Assembly: GCA_965649765.1 (NCBI GenBank)
Contig: OZ287757.1
Coordinates: forward strand, 33,852,001-33,916,000
DNA from: Bispira polyomma
Lineage: Eukaryota
DNA: 64,000 nucleotides
Reading direction: 5' to 3'
Position numbers and translations under genes: made by a program. Shown piece after piece: positions 13,136 through 24,240 of the stretch (the first letter of the stretch is position 1; each line of letters opens with the position of its first letter). The notes beneath the pieces were generated by a model that was not told where the DNA came from, did no database searches, and saw nothing but the letters and a program-made list of their open reading frames with translations.

Positions 13136-13236
13136 TTAGGTGTTGATGCTCATTTTCATATTGTTTTCTACGATCTGGAAAAACTCCTGGGCCGTAGGGA
13201 TCCGTCCTATCTCCAACTTGGACCACACAGGAACAT
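13136..13236 (-). CDS. SELENOT: SELENOT exon 5, coding part (exon continues as 3' UTR to 13089)
   Basis: TCCTCCTTAG|AT GTT CCT GTG TGG TCC AAG; DVPVWSKLEIGRIPTAQEFFQIVENNMKMSINT*; donor AAG|GTATGT at 13088. Overlaps the end of ORF-track entry 13136..13351. Confidence 0.96.
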
Positions 13237-16200
13237 CTAAGGAGGACGGGCATAGCGTAAAATATAGTGAAACTACTATTATCAGAACTATTATATTAGC
13301 CAAAATATTCAATTTTATGAACACAGTATTTCCCAAATTTATGTTTTCCAATTTTATTTTTTATTAATTTAATACAGAAATGTCCTTTTTTTTTTAACGA
13401 ACCTTCTATTATCTAAACAAAATCTCGCGTTCTGAACATGTCCGGATAATATAGGTTCTTCTATAGTAATGCTTTATCTGGGGTGGACATACCCTAAACT
13501 CTATTACGAGGGAGTTTAGGGTATGAAGAATAATTAGTTATTATACAGTGTATTTAGTTGGGGATTTAACGTCGCTTTCAACAGCTTAACTCATGTCACA
13601 ACGGCCAGATTCAATGGTGGAATAATTGAATATTTTTGAATTGGGATATTTAATGTCGATTCTAGTACCTGTTTAGGTTATATTGGGATGGGTAGTTGGA
13701 AACGCTGGAGAAAACACAGCAAACAGTGGCTCAAGGTTCTCCACTGAAACCAGTGGCCCACAGTAAGTAACTACCATCTTTCCCACATAGGCATCAACGG
13801 GAGTCGAACCCACGCCAGCCAATCCCATACGTGAGAGACCAGTGATTGTGAAATGCAATTCTTGCTAACCACTAGGCCACCGCAGCCCCCCAATAGTGGA
13901 AGAAACCAGGGCTAAACCACTGTAAACCACCAATCTGCGGCAAGTACAGTAGACTTTGTATAATTAGAACCAGTCAAATGTAAGTATAGGTGGAACCATT
14001 CTTGAGGTTCCAACATCAGCATCAACATCATGTATTTTTGTAGGTAATAATGGAAGTTTGCTATAACTAGAACCAAATCCTGTGGATATTAGAGGTTCTA
14101 GTCATACAGAGTCTACTGTAATTGACTTATTTAGTTGGAATTTACACCTTTTTCAACAGTAAAAGGGTCTATTTGTATAATAGAAAGGTTTATAACACAA
14201 AAGAAGCATTTTTTTGTATATAACAGTAGAAAAACAAAAAACATTTGGAAGAGTGAAAATGAGTTTATCAATTGACTCCTACACCCGTCAAATCCAAGTT
14301 ATTGTAATTGAAATACAAAAGTAAAGCCTAAGTCCCAGGCTGGTTTGCATGGTGTGAAATTATAAAATTAGAAATACGGGCAAAGGTTAAAATTTCTTCT
14401 AAAAATTTAGAGGCAAATATATTTAATCCACATGCAATTTGCATCTTGCGTCACCTTTGATTTAGGACTCTGATAGTAAACATATATTTCACATGCGAAG
14501 GAATAAATTAATTTTAAATATTGAAAGCAAAGAAATGCTTCTTTTTGTGATTATTAGAAGCCTATATACATATTAAGGAAGCAATTTGCTTCTTGCTTCC
14601 CTTTATTTTCGGACCCTCATATGGATCTGATATTGGAATACATTTACAGTCACAACCCAAGACTTAACTAGAAAGGTTCATCTTCTTCTCTAACCACAGA
14701 TTATAAAGTTTCATAATTACAAATGTTTTTTTTATTTTTTCTCTTAAACCAAAGATAGTAAATGTGTACTATTTGAAAATGTTATTGTAATTGGAATGTT
14801 TGTAAGTAGAATACAGTTTACGTAATAAAATGCAGCCACTTACCGTTAAATGAAATCTCAAAAGCTCCTGTAGAGAGGAGCTGGCCTTCTATAGCGTTGC
14901 TAAGGAAAAATATCATCATACAGGCATAAATCTGAAACAGTGCAACAGAAGCAATGTGTTTACTGAGGAACAAAACATCAACAAATAGGGAGTAGATCTG
15001 AAATACATGCAGTTCAAGAATGAAACAATAAGTTGTCTAATTACTATATGCTTGTTTGTGAAAGGAGAGGTGTTACTAACGCTTGTTTTGGCGCTCACAA
15101 AATACAGAAAAAGTTTTTTTATTGTTTACACAATTAAATAAAACACCCTTTTACTAATAACAACACGATGTTGTACTTTAAGGTTTTGATGCAAGTTGTC
15201 CAAAATAATTCTTTAGTCAAACTTGGAAAGTCTTCTGTTTTTCCAACCAAATTGTGGTCACAGTTATTGAATTTAGTGTTTTTGGTCTATTTTGACAGCT
15301 TTAAAACATAAGGAAGTTTTTTTGTCATTATTGACAGAGATATTTGATTTAACTACTAATAAAATTTATTTTTTTCTGGGGTTATTTTGTACCACCTTAA
15401 CACATTTACAATCAATCACATATAACCCCCCCCCCCCTCTCCCCTATTCTTTTGTGTGTTTGTCAATTTACACTAAAGTTTGAGTTACACAATGCTACAG
15501 TAGGTATGAGCGATAATAAGAAATCTTAAACACCAATAATATAAAGCTTATAAGACACAGTGTAAGGAAAAAGTACTTACTTTGTTTTCCACGGCCCAGG
15601 TATACACACCCGGTGTCCCCAGATTCAACATTGTGAAGGGATTCTGTCCACTAATTATCATAACTATTAAAACTAATTTTGCTATACCTGAAAAAAAAAC
15701 AGAAATATACAAACTTTACAAATAGGTAACTACTAAGTGATTGGAACGGGTAGTTGGAAACACTGGAGGAAACACTGCATACAGTTGATCAAGGTTCTGC
15801 ACTGAAACCAGCGGCCCACAGTAAGGAACTACCACCTTTCCCACATAGGCATCGACGGGATTCGAACTCACGCCGCCTAGAGGTGAGAGACCAGTGATTG
15901 TGAAGCGCAATGCTTGCTAACCACTAGGCCACCGCGGCCCCATCAAAGCCACAGTACGTTAGGTTCTATGATACAATATTGGGTGTTACAATATCACAAA
16001 ATCCCCAAAACAAAGCCGGATTTCTGTGGCTAACTTACATGTTGGGAGTACTTCCTGTACAACAGTTTACATATGATGTGTAAACCTTCTAATTTCATGT
16101 ATTTTGAGTCAAGAAAGAAACTTGTTTTCTCACCTAAAAACTGAGACATATACTGATTGACCATTGGTGGAGGGAAGTTGTCTCCTTCAACACGCAGGTC

Positions 16201-18751
16201 AGGATATTTTTGGTGGATTGCGCGTGAAAACTGCTCAAACGCATTCCGGTACCCTCAGGAGTAGCTGGAACAAAGAAAATTGTACTTATTTGTATTTACT
16301 TTCAAATTGATATTAATTTCTCTGCCTGTGTTTGTTATTCAATGATTGACCTATTAGGGACAGAATATTTGGTCTAACAGTACCCTTATATTTTAGTAAA
16401 CGAATTTGTCTAGTAAATTGCTTAGAGAGCACCAAGAAGCAGCAGGACATTTAACTGTCTTTGACTTGGCAAGAATCGCCAGCACATATACAAGAGGTTT
16501 CGATTTGGGGACCTGATTCCTAACATTTCACTTGTAAGTCGGGTGGTCCATGAATCGTAAGCAAATGGTTAGAACTCGGGTCCCACTAAAAAGTTCAAAT
16601 TCGGGTCCTCGCCAATATCAAATTGGCTAATTTTGCATAAAATTCTCCCTTTGTCGCCATACACGTACTTTCGATATATACATCAGTCACAGACATAATA
16701 AAAAACAAGGTCGGCAGATTTATTAAATACCCCAACAAATAGAAGAGCTCAGAACACTGTCCTCATTAACATAATATATCTATCATGTAACTGCCGTGAC
16801 ATATACTGGCCAGTGATTGCTCCATTAAACAATATTTAAATAAGCAGCTCATGGAAATTTACAAAAGCGGCTTTATTTTATTAAATACCCCAGTAATTAG
16901 CAGAACGCTTTCCTCACTAACATAATGTATCTATCACGTAACTGACAAAAGCGGCTTTATTTTCTTAAATACCCCAACAAAATTTCTAATTTTTTTTTAA
17001 TTACTTAAAACCTGAATCTTAACACTTTACTTGGAAATTGGGGACCCAATTTGTGACAATTTTGTAAGAATTCAGTGACCCAATTTCTAACCACTTTGAA
17101 CATAATTACCTTATATCTACAATTGATAAAACTCCCTGAAAATAGAAGTTGTCTTTTGTTAGTGTACTTGACGTTGAATCTGCAGATTTCACAATTAAAG
17201 GGATGAAATAGATTTCACAGTTAAAGGGATGAAATTTACTGAAGCATTAATAAATAGGGGGCTGTGACTTAAAAGTTATTTTAAACGATGTGATTAGGCA
17301 TCGGGTGACAGGCGCCAAAGAAATTATTAGACGTCGGGTCCCCGAAGTTCAAGTATTTAATATACGTTGGGTCCCATTATTTCTATGAAGTAATTTATTG
17401 AAGTTATAACTTATATAATCCAAATGTATAAATTATAAGAATTGTTTGTTGTTAAATAATATTTTAACATCTATAGATTAAAATACAGCTCCAATTTTCG
17501 CCTAAAACGATCTGTGAAATAAGCCCATTAAGAAAATGTTAAACTCCCGAATCTACGACATACAAGGCTATATATCAATATAGGCGCACAGGTATAAAGT
17601 AATATATGTTACCGATTACTGCCGAATCAATGGTCAGAATCAGTAAAATATCCTTACTTGCAAGTAGGTGCTTTAGGGTGCTCACAACAATGACAAATTG
17701 CCTTATTTGCATCCAATTCTTTTATTGTCGCTCATTTACACATGCTTCACTTCCCCATTAATATCATAATTGAAATAATAGAACTTCACAGAAGTCCCTA
17801 AAAAAGGCTATATTCATCTTGTGTTCAAACAAAAAATATTGTAAGGTACTAAAACAACCATATATCGTTGGGTATATTTGATTTGAGGGTCTTGTAAATT
17901 CGAAATTTCTGTTTTTCTTCAATAACCAAATGTGTTTTATATATTTTACTTATTTATCTTCTATTTTAACATCTCTAGATTTAAATACAGTTTCAATTTT
18001 TGCCAAGAACGATCTTTTTCAATGTGAAATAAGCCCATAAAGAAATGGTTAAAACTTGCAAATCTACGAGACACAAGGCTATATATCCCTTATATGTGCA
18101 CAGCTTTGCTAAAAAAAAAGGTGACCTGATGCCAATTTAATACTTGCACATCAGGGACCCGATGCTTATTCCCTTGCTATTTTCAATGCTGCGACAAAAT
18201 TTAAAACTTCAATCTACGGTATCGTGACTTAAAGCCCATATAGAACTGGAGATTTCTAAAAACAGAAAAAAAAAACTTATTTGTTTGAAAAATTTTCAAA
18301 AAGTTTTTAGAATTTCTAGCTCTATGTGGGCTCGTGCCACGGCTATAAGACAGCAGACTGACGTTAGCCGCGATAACCACGTCTACTGGGAATGAATTAC
18401 GATCAGAATCGTGTGCAATTGTAAAAATTACAGTTGTAATGAAAAATAAAATGATCTCGCTCTTCTATCGTACCTTCATATTTCTGCCATGGGTATTAAA
18501 TAACTATTTACTATTAGCCTAGCATATGGACGATATGACCGCATTAAATTAGGAGACATCCGCATGTGACGAAGGATTTCGACTTACCAGTATAGGAATT
18601 TTAAAGAAGGCCCTGCAAATGTTGATAATCGGGCCTCCGGAATATTTTTCGTAGATTTTTGTGCTTCAACTGGCTTCGTAAAATCCCTGAATGAAAGAAA
18701 ACAAACGGCGACAAATAAGCCTATAACAGCCAATTGCGACGTTTCAGCCAT
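13136..18751 (-). CDS. SELENOT: Selenoprotein T (thioredoxin-like Rdx family, CxxU), spliced CDS of 5 exons, 591 nt / 196 aa
   Basis: Exons of 164+131+107+88+101 nt join in frame at GT-AG junctions: MAETSQLAVIGLFVAVCFLSFRDFTKPVEAQKSTKNIPEARLSTFAGPSLKFLYCYSUGYRNAFEQFSRAIHQKYPDLRVEGDNFPPPMVNQYMSQFLGIAKLVLIVMIISGQNPFTMLNLGTPGVYTWAVENKIYACMMIFFLSNAIEGQLLSTGAFEISFNDVPVWSKLEIGRIPTAQEFFQIVENNMKMSINT*. Recognisable SelT motifs: CxSUGY, YPDxxxEGxN, ENKxYACMM, STGAFEI, NDVPVWSKLE. Confidence 0.97.
13623..13890 (-). mobile_element. SINE family 1 inserted into an older SINE (SELENOT intron 4)
   Basis: TSD CAAT(G/A)GTGGAA at 13612-13622 and 13891-13901; host SINE at about 13555-13945. Confidence 0.85.
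14844..14931 (-). CDS. SELENOT: SELENOT exon 4
   Basis: CTGTTTCAG|ATT TAT GCC TGT...TTT AAC G|GTAAGT; IYACMMIFFLSNAIEGQLLSTGAFEISFN. Confidence 0.97.
15581..15687 (-). CDS. SELENOT: SELENOT exon 3 (hydrophobic membrane-associated segment)
   Basis: TTTTTTCAG|GT ATA GCA AAA...GAA AAC AAA|GTAAGT; IAKLVLIVMIISGQNPF...WAVENK. Confidence 0.96.
15740..15940 (-). mobile_element. SINE family 1 (3' tail lost), SELENOT intron 2
   Basis: High identity to the 47480-47680 copy. Confidence 0.88.
16134..16264 (-). CDS. SELENOT: SELENOT exon 2, contains the Sec (UGA) codon at 16257-16255
   Basis: Acceptor TTTGTTCCAG|C TAC TCC TGA GGG TAC; reads (C)YSUGYRNAFEQFSRAIHQKYPDLRVEGDNFPPP...; donor AG|GTGAGA. Confidence 0.97.
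16215..16247 (-). promoter_or_regulatory. SRE-like (Sec redefinition element) coding-region hairpin 3' of the UGA
   Basis: After UGA plus a 7-nt spacer (GGGUACC), GGAAUGCGUUUGAG-CAGUU-UUCACGCGCAAUCC pairs at 12 of 14 positions (2 G-U) with a 5-nt loop. Confidence 0.6.
16500..18172. mobile_element. One or two decayed foldback-type DNA elements in SELENOT intron 1
   Basis: CGGGTCCC motifs near 16578, 16602, 17335, 17369 and inverse GGGACCC at about 17041, 18154; internal duplications 17460-17590/17965-18100 and 16720-16800/16875-16945. Confidence 0.45.
18588..18751 (-). CDS. SELENOT: SELENOT exon 1 (start codon, signal-peptide-like hydrophobic N-terminus)
   Basis: AAAAATGGCT start context; MAETSQLAVIGLFVAVCFLSF...GPSLKFLY+TG; donor TG|GTAAGT at 18587, phase 2. 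Confidence 0.93.
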
Positions 18752-18775
18752 TTTTATGGCTTCCCGGAAGTTTCA
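18746..18775 (-). promoter_or_regulatory. SELENOT TSS/start region with ETS (CCGGAAGT) and YY1-like (AAAATGGC) motifs
   Basis: CCGGAAGT at 18764-18771 (overlapping TTCCCGGAA); GCCATTTT at 18747-18754 overlapping the ATG; CpG locally retained, as in TATA-less housekeeping promoters. Confidence 0.5.
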
Positions 18776-19529
18776 CATATGTACACCAACCGGAGAAAAA
18801 AAAATTGTAACCGTTCGTGTCTAATTAAAACATTGCGAGCCATCTGTAAATAAATGGGTTAATAAGAATATTTTAACCTATAGTTAGCTTACCAAGACAG
18901 TTGATGTAAATTAAATAGGGCCATTGTACATGGTTTTGTGAATCATGATGGACAAAAATAGTGATAGCTGAGACATAAAAATTTTAAAAATTATCCTTGG
19001 ATTTCTATACATCAGCTATTATAATACTAGATTTGGCTTTGTATGATGTGTACATCACATACAATAAATTTAATATGTTTTTAAAAACATGATGTTTAGC
19101 CTGACTGAGAAATTTCACAACTTGAAAGTGCACTTAAACTTCCATGTTGGCCTCCAGTGAATTGTTTGGCGGGTAAATTATCTAAATAAAGAAAACAAGA
19201 AAACTTAACAAAATCCAAATTAGAGGTAGTACTCTTAGGGCAATGATTAAACTTGAAGGGATAATCACCCACTTACTGGTTAAACCCATACATCACGACC
19301 GCAGAAAAACATACAGCTCTGAAAATATGCATTCCCAATCTAGGGAACCTCAATCATGATAAAATTTTATTTTGAAGTTGAAATACACAACCAAAAATAT
19401 TAGGAGCCAAGAATCATGAGAAGGAAAGTAGTAAGAGGAGGACCATGGAATGTCAATATTATATTAATCAGGAAGGCGTTATAGAAATAAAAGGGCATAT
19501 AGAATAGAGTTTTTGAAATTACATGAGAC

Positions 19530-19860
19530 AAGAAGCTGAATGCAAGAACTATAGGCCAGTGTCTGGATTGAGCTGTCACTGAACAAATGATGGAGCACCT
19601 AAGTGCCAATGGACTGAGAAATTCAAACCAATCGATCTAGAAGTGTGGTCATTCCAAAAAAAAAAGAGCTATATTTTCTTTAAAGAGTGATATACACATT
19701 TCTTTTTCTAAAGGAGAACCCACAGCACTAGTGCTGCTTCATCTGTCAAATACCTTTGTTACAATTGATCACAGCACACTTTTTGACTGTTTGTCATTAT
19801 GGTTTGGTTTACAAGGCACTGTCTTGAAATGGTTTACATCATATCTCTCAGATTGATGAA
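19530..19860 (+). mobile_element. Decayed LINE RT fragment
   Basis: Degenerate RPVSGLS / QS.KCGHS / TALVLLHLS..F.TIDHSTL / LKWFTSYLS motifs. Confidence 0.7.
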
Positions 19861-19869
19861 CATTTATGA

Positions 19870-22070
19870 TTTAAGAGCAATATGTACACATGATTTGGGT
19901 GACGTTTTTGATAGGCAAGCGCCATTTGTATCTAGACTGACAAAAAAAGATTCTGCACATTGGTTGTCTGATTCTTATCGACATGCAAAGAACTTGGCAA
20001 ATAAGCTAAGAATCCACTGAACAGAAGTTGGCTTTGTCGCCAAATTGCTCGGTGCAATATACTTGTAAACAAGGATAAGTCAGACTAGTACAATAAACTG
20101 ATCTCAGACAATAGTCACAAGAAAGTTATGGCATGAGCTGCGCATGACCCTGAATATGGTTTCCAAAGTGACAGTTCCATCCCACAAATCTGATAAGTCA
20201 TTAGCTGACCAGTTTGCTTCTTTTTTTTGCAGACAAAATTAGCAAAATTAGAGATACTTTCGTTTTTTTTTCAGCACTAAAATGATGTTCCTCTTCTTTC
20301 TTATCCTCCAGAAATTATTGCCTTTACTAAAGTCTCTGAAGATGCTGTTGATAAAATCAATTGTAACTCGGCTACAAAATCCTGTATGTTGAACCCATTA
20401 CCAACATCTCTCATCAAGGAATTGTGTGATATACTACTCCCATCTATTACAAAGTTGGTTAACTGCCCACTTATTAAGGGACATGTACCTGATGTTTTCA
20501 AAACTGCTGTGGTTACTCCTTTTATTAAGAAGGCTTCTCTTTAAGCTGATGATCTAAAGAACTATCGCCCTGTATTTAATCTTATATTCATATGAAAACT
20601 GGTTGAATGTGTGGCTGCTAAGCAACTATTAGGTCATATCAATGACCACGACTTGGACAACCCACACCAGTCTGCATATAAACAGGTCATTCAACTAAGA
20701 CAACTCTTCTGTCCATAAAAAAAATAAAGTTCATTTTACCTTGTTAAGAGACGAACCTACTGCCTTGATGTTGCTCAACCACTCTGCTGCCTTTGATTCC
20801 ATTGATCATTCCACTCTTCTCAGTTGTCTTCAGACTTGGTTAGGAGTTGGGGGGCTTGGTTCTTAAATGGTTCATGAACTTCCTACTTAACTGAGCGTTA
20901 TCAGTCGATAAAAATTGGTTCTACTTTGTCTGAGATTTGTAAACTCTTGTTTGGTGTTCCCCATGGTTCTGTTTTGGGCCCTTTGTTGTTTTCATTGTAC
21001 ACTGCTCCTCTCAGTTTGGTGATTGGAAAATATAAAGGTATTAAATTTCATTTTTATGCAGATGACACCCAAGTTTATGTGAACTTATGCCAGAAGAATA
21101 CATCTGGTGCCTTTAAACAGGTGAATATGTACCTTGGTGGTGTCAAAGAGTGGATGTTAACTAGTAAACTTAAATTAAATACTGACAAGACTGAGTTTAT
21201 ACTTTTAGGTTTAAAAAGACAGAGGAAGAAGTTGAAAGCATGTTTCCCAATTGATATCCTGGGTGGCCCCTTCTGCCCACCTCATTCAGGTAAGAACGTG
21301 GGCGTGTGGTTCGACTCTGATTTTCCTTTTCTAAACATGTTCGGAGTGTCTGCAAAAGTTGTTTTGTGCAACTCTGAGACTTCAGACGTGTTAGGCGGTT
21401 TCTTACTCATGATGCTTTTATACTTGTGGCCTATGCTTTTGTCAGTGGTCGGTTGGATTACTGTAAGTCACTTTTTAGGAGCCCCTCCAAGTTCAATCTA
21501 CGCAAATTACACTGTATTCAAAATAGTGCAGCTAGAATTGTGTCAAACACCGGTCAATACAACAGTGTAACTCCTGTTCTTAAAAAATTACATTGGCTTC
21601 CTGTTGAACAGCACTCACTGTTTAAAACTGCCACACTTGTTTATAAATTTCTTCACACTGGTTTTCCTAAGTGTTTTGCCTTATATCTATCCTCTTACAG
21701 TAGTTCTTACAATTCCAGGCACAGTCAGAGTGGTGGTAATTTCCTTGTCGTTCCAAAGTTTTACCCGTCTGCTCAAAAGTCAGTTGAACAGTTTGGTTAT
21801 AGCTTTGACGCTCCCATTGTTTGGAATGCTCTTCCTGATGGGATTTGTGCATTCCCCTCTCTAATCTCTTTTAGAAATCAGCTTAAAACTCACCTATACA
21901 CCAAGACACACCCACCCTAGTCTTAATCATCCCCTAGTGTTCTATGTTCCCAACCTTTTTTCTGTCCCTTGATATTAAAATTAGATCACTGTCTTGGTGC
22001 TGTTGCGCCTTAGAGTCGCCTTTGTAAAGGGGAGATTAAGCGCTATAAAAGTCAAATTACAATTACAATC
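19870..22070 (+). mobile_element. 5'-truncated, frameshifted L2/CR1-clade non-LTR retrotransposon (RT ORF2 relic with 3' tail)
   Basis: ORFs 20926-21570 (GVPHGSVLGPLLFSLY, FYADDTQVY, LKLNTDKTE) and 21426-21920 (RLDYC, IQNSAARIV, TPVLKKLHWLPV, LKTHLY); 3' end GCGCCTTAGAG...AAGCGCTATAAAAG followed by an (ATTACA)n tail. Confidence 0.92.
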
Positions 22071-22074
22071 GATT

Positions 22075-22940
22075 CCAGACAGTTAAAATAGTTTCTGCTC
22101 TGTCAGACTTGCTTAAGTTATCAGTTTTGGGTACAATTCTAATATCCTTTTACACAGCACCCCTCAGTCGTGTCATTGACAAGTACAAATCAATCAGGTA
22201 TATAATTTCTATGCTGACGATACGCAATTTTTAATCATTTATCAAATACAAATGCAATTTCTGCATGTAATAGCCTTAAATTCTGTCTTGACGACGTTCA
22301 CAAATGGATCCAAGTCACAAAGTGAGAGTTTAGCTGATGATTTTGAAGTCAATATTCTGAGAAACATGTTGCACCCTGCTGATACTTCCGGAAAACTGGT
22401 TGTCACTTTGTCTCATTTTTCATTGGCTAAACATGTGCAATCGGTTTGTAGGGCTTGTTTTATCCAGTTGACAGATCTGAGACAAGTGAGAGGGTACCTG
22501 TCTACCTGCACTGCAACCATAGTGGCATATGCCCTGTTCAGGAGTTGCCTTGATCACTGTAACTCTCTTTCCATAGGTTGCGCTGGTACTATATAGTTGA
22601 CTCGGATAATAATAAGGAAGTCCAAGTTTACTCACATTACTCCTGTTTTTAAAACCCTCCACTTGGTGCCTATTGAGTATAGATCAATATTTAAAACTGC
22701 AACCTTAGTCTACAAATATCTCAATTCAGGTCTTCGTCGATATTTTTGATGCTTTCTTAAGTGTACAATCAGTTCAAAGGTCAAAAAGACATTTTAACAA
22801 TAGTTTCTTATATGATTCTCCTATGCGGAATGATGTACTTCATGATACTTGTATTTCTTCCTCACTTGCCTGTTTTTGAAAAAGCTCAAAACCTACCTAT
22901 TTAGCAAGGCCATAGGCCAAGCACCATAGCCTAGTTACTT
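22075..22940 (+). mobile_element. Second, older L2/CR1-type LINE 3' fragment
   Basis: FYADDTQ at about 22208, HVQSVCRACFIQL, HITPVFKTLHLVP, LKTYLFSKA. Confidence 0.8.
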
Positions 22941-23825
22941 AGGACCCCTGTACGTCTAATAGCCATATGAAATTGTCAAAATGAATTTCTGTCACATGTG
23001 CCTTAGAATCTGCTAGCACAGAAATAATAGCTCAAGCATGGAAGATGTGGCTATGTTATTGAAGGAAGCAGAGTACTAACTGGTTGTGAACCCAGAAATT
23101 TAAGAAATGCTCAAAATTATTAATGTCCAATTTTGAGCATTTTTTCACATTTGGAGGTCATTTGAATTTGCTATGGAGGTCTACTAAACAATAAATTACT
23201 ATAATATGCTAGCCCTTGAGCATGGATATTTGTGTTTAGGTCTAATTTGTAGCTATGAGGCCTTATATCCTGCTTATTATTGGTTCTGTAGGTTTTAAAA
23301 GTAAGAACCACTTTTGTAGAAAATCATAGTCTGGGAATCTTTTAACATGTCAAGTTTAACTTTGGACCCCTCCTTCCTGATCAAATGAGGTTGTCAGTAC
23401 TCATAGGCCCTTATATGCTTATCATTGGGTTCTTTAGGGTTGAATGTGTAAACTAGTAAAAAATCGTGGGCTTAGAATTTTTTTTTAGCAGTTCAGATTT
23501 TACCTTGACCACTTCTCACAGGTTGCCTCACATGTCTCCACACATGTCTGAGTTTCAATGCCTACAGGCTCTTTTTCACTCTTATTATTGATGGAATTAA
23601 TTAATATTTGGTATGTAGGTGTATTTAATGATGAAGGTAATCACTATTTAAATTGGACCTTTGGACTGAGTCACAAGGTCGTTTAGAATAAAGATAAACT
23701 GTGAAAATTCGTGATATTTATACTTTCTTTGCAAGTTACCCCCGTTACTGATTTACTTGCAATTTCTTCTTTAAGCACTCACAATATGCCCTTAAGGCCG
23801 AGCATGCAACAACTTTAGCAACCTG

Positions 23826-24240
23826 GGGCGGTATTCACTAAAGGTCTTAACTTAGTCTTAACTTAGTCTTAACTTTAAGATTTTTGTCTTAACTTTTGAT
23901 AAAAAAAGTTAAGACTTTTGTCTTAGTCTTAGCGGTATTCACAAAAGATCTTAACTTAGTCTTAAATGTGGTCTTAACTTTAAGACTGACAGGAAGCAGT
24001 CTTAAATATTTAAGACTTGTCTTAAATATGGCTGCAAGACACATTTTGGTTAGTGGTTATTCAAAATCTCGTGAGATTATGATGCTTAAGACTAAGATTA
24101 TCTATGACAAAAGTCTTAGCTAATACTTGCTTTGTGAATACCAATTTAAGACAATTCTTAGCTAAGACAAAATTCTTAGATTTAAGACTAGGCTAAGCTT
24201 AAGATAAGACTAAGACTAAGACCTTTTGTGAATACCGCCC
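23826..24240. mobile_element. PIF/Harbinger-like MITE with internal TTAAGAC/GTCTTAA repeats
   Basis: TIR GGGCGGTATTCAC(T/A)AAAGGTCTTA; 3-bp TSD CTG at 23823-23825 and 24241-24243. Confidence 0.88.

Noticed and set aside
13239-13351. N-terminal part of ORF 13136..13351 (MENINLGN...)
   Set aside because: Intronic MITE-derived sequence upstream of the real acceptor at 13236; only the DVPVWSK... part is SELENOT
16255-16257. In-frame TGA as evidence of a pseudogene
   Set aside because: It sits at the U of the CxxU motif, all downstream exons are intact and a SECIS is present
20926-21920. Reverse transcriptase ORFs as a functional gene or retron/defence-type system
   Set aside because: Frameshifted, 5'-truncated LINE ORF2 with a typical 3' tail in a eukaryotic context
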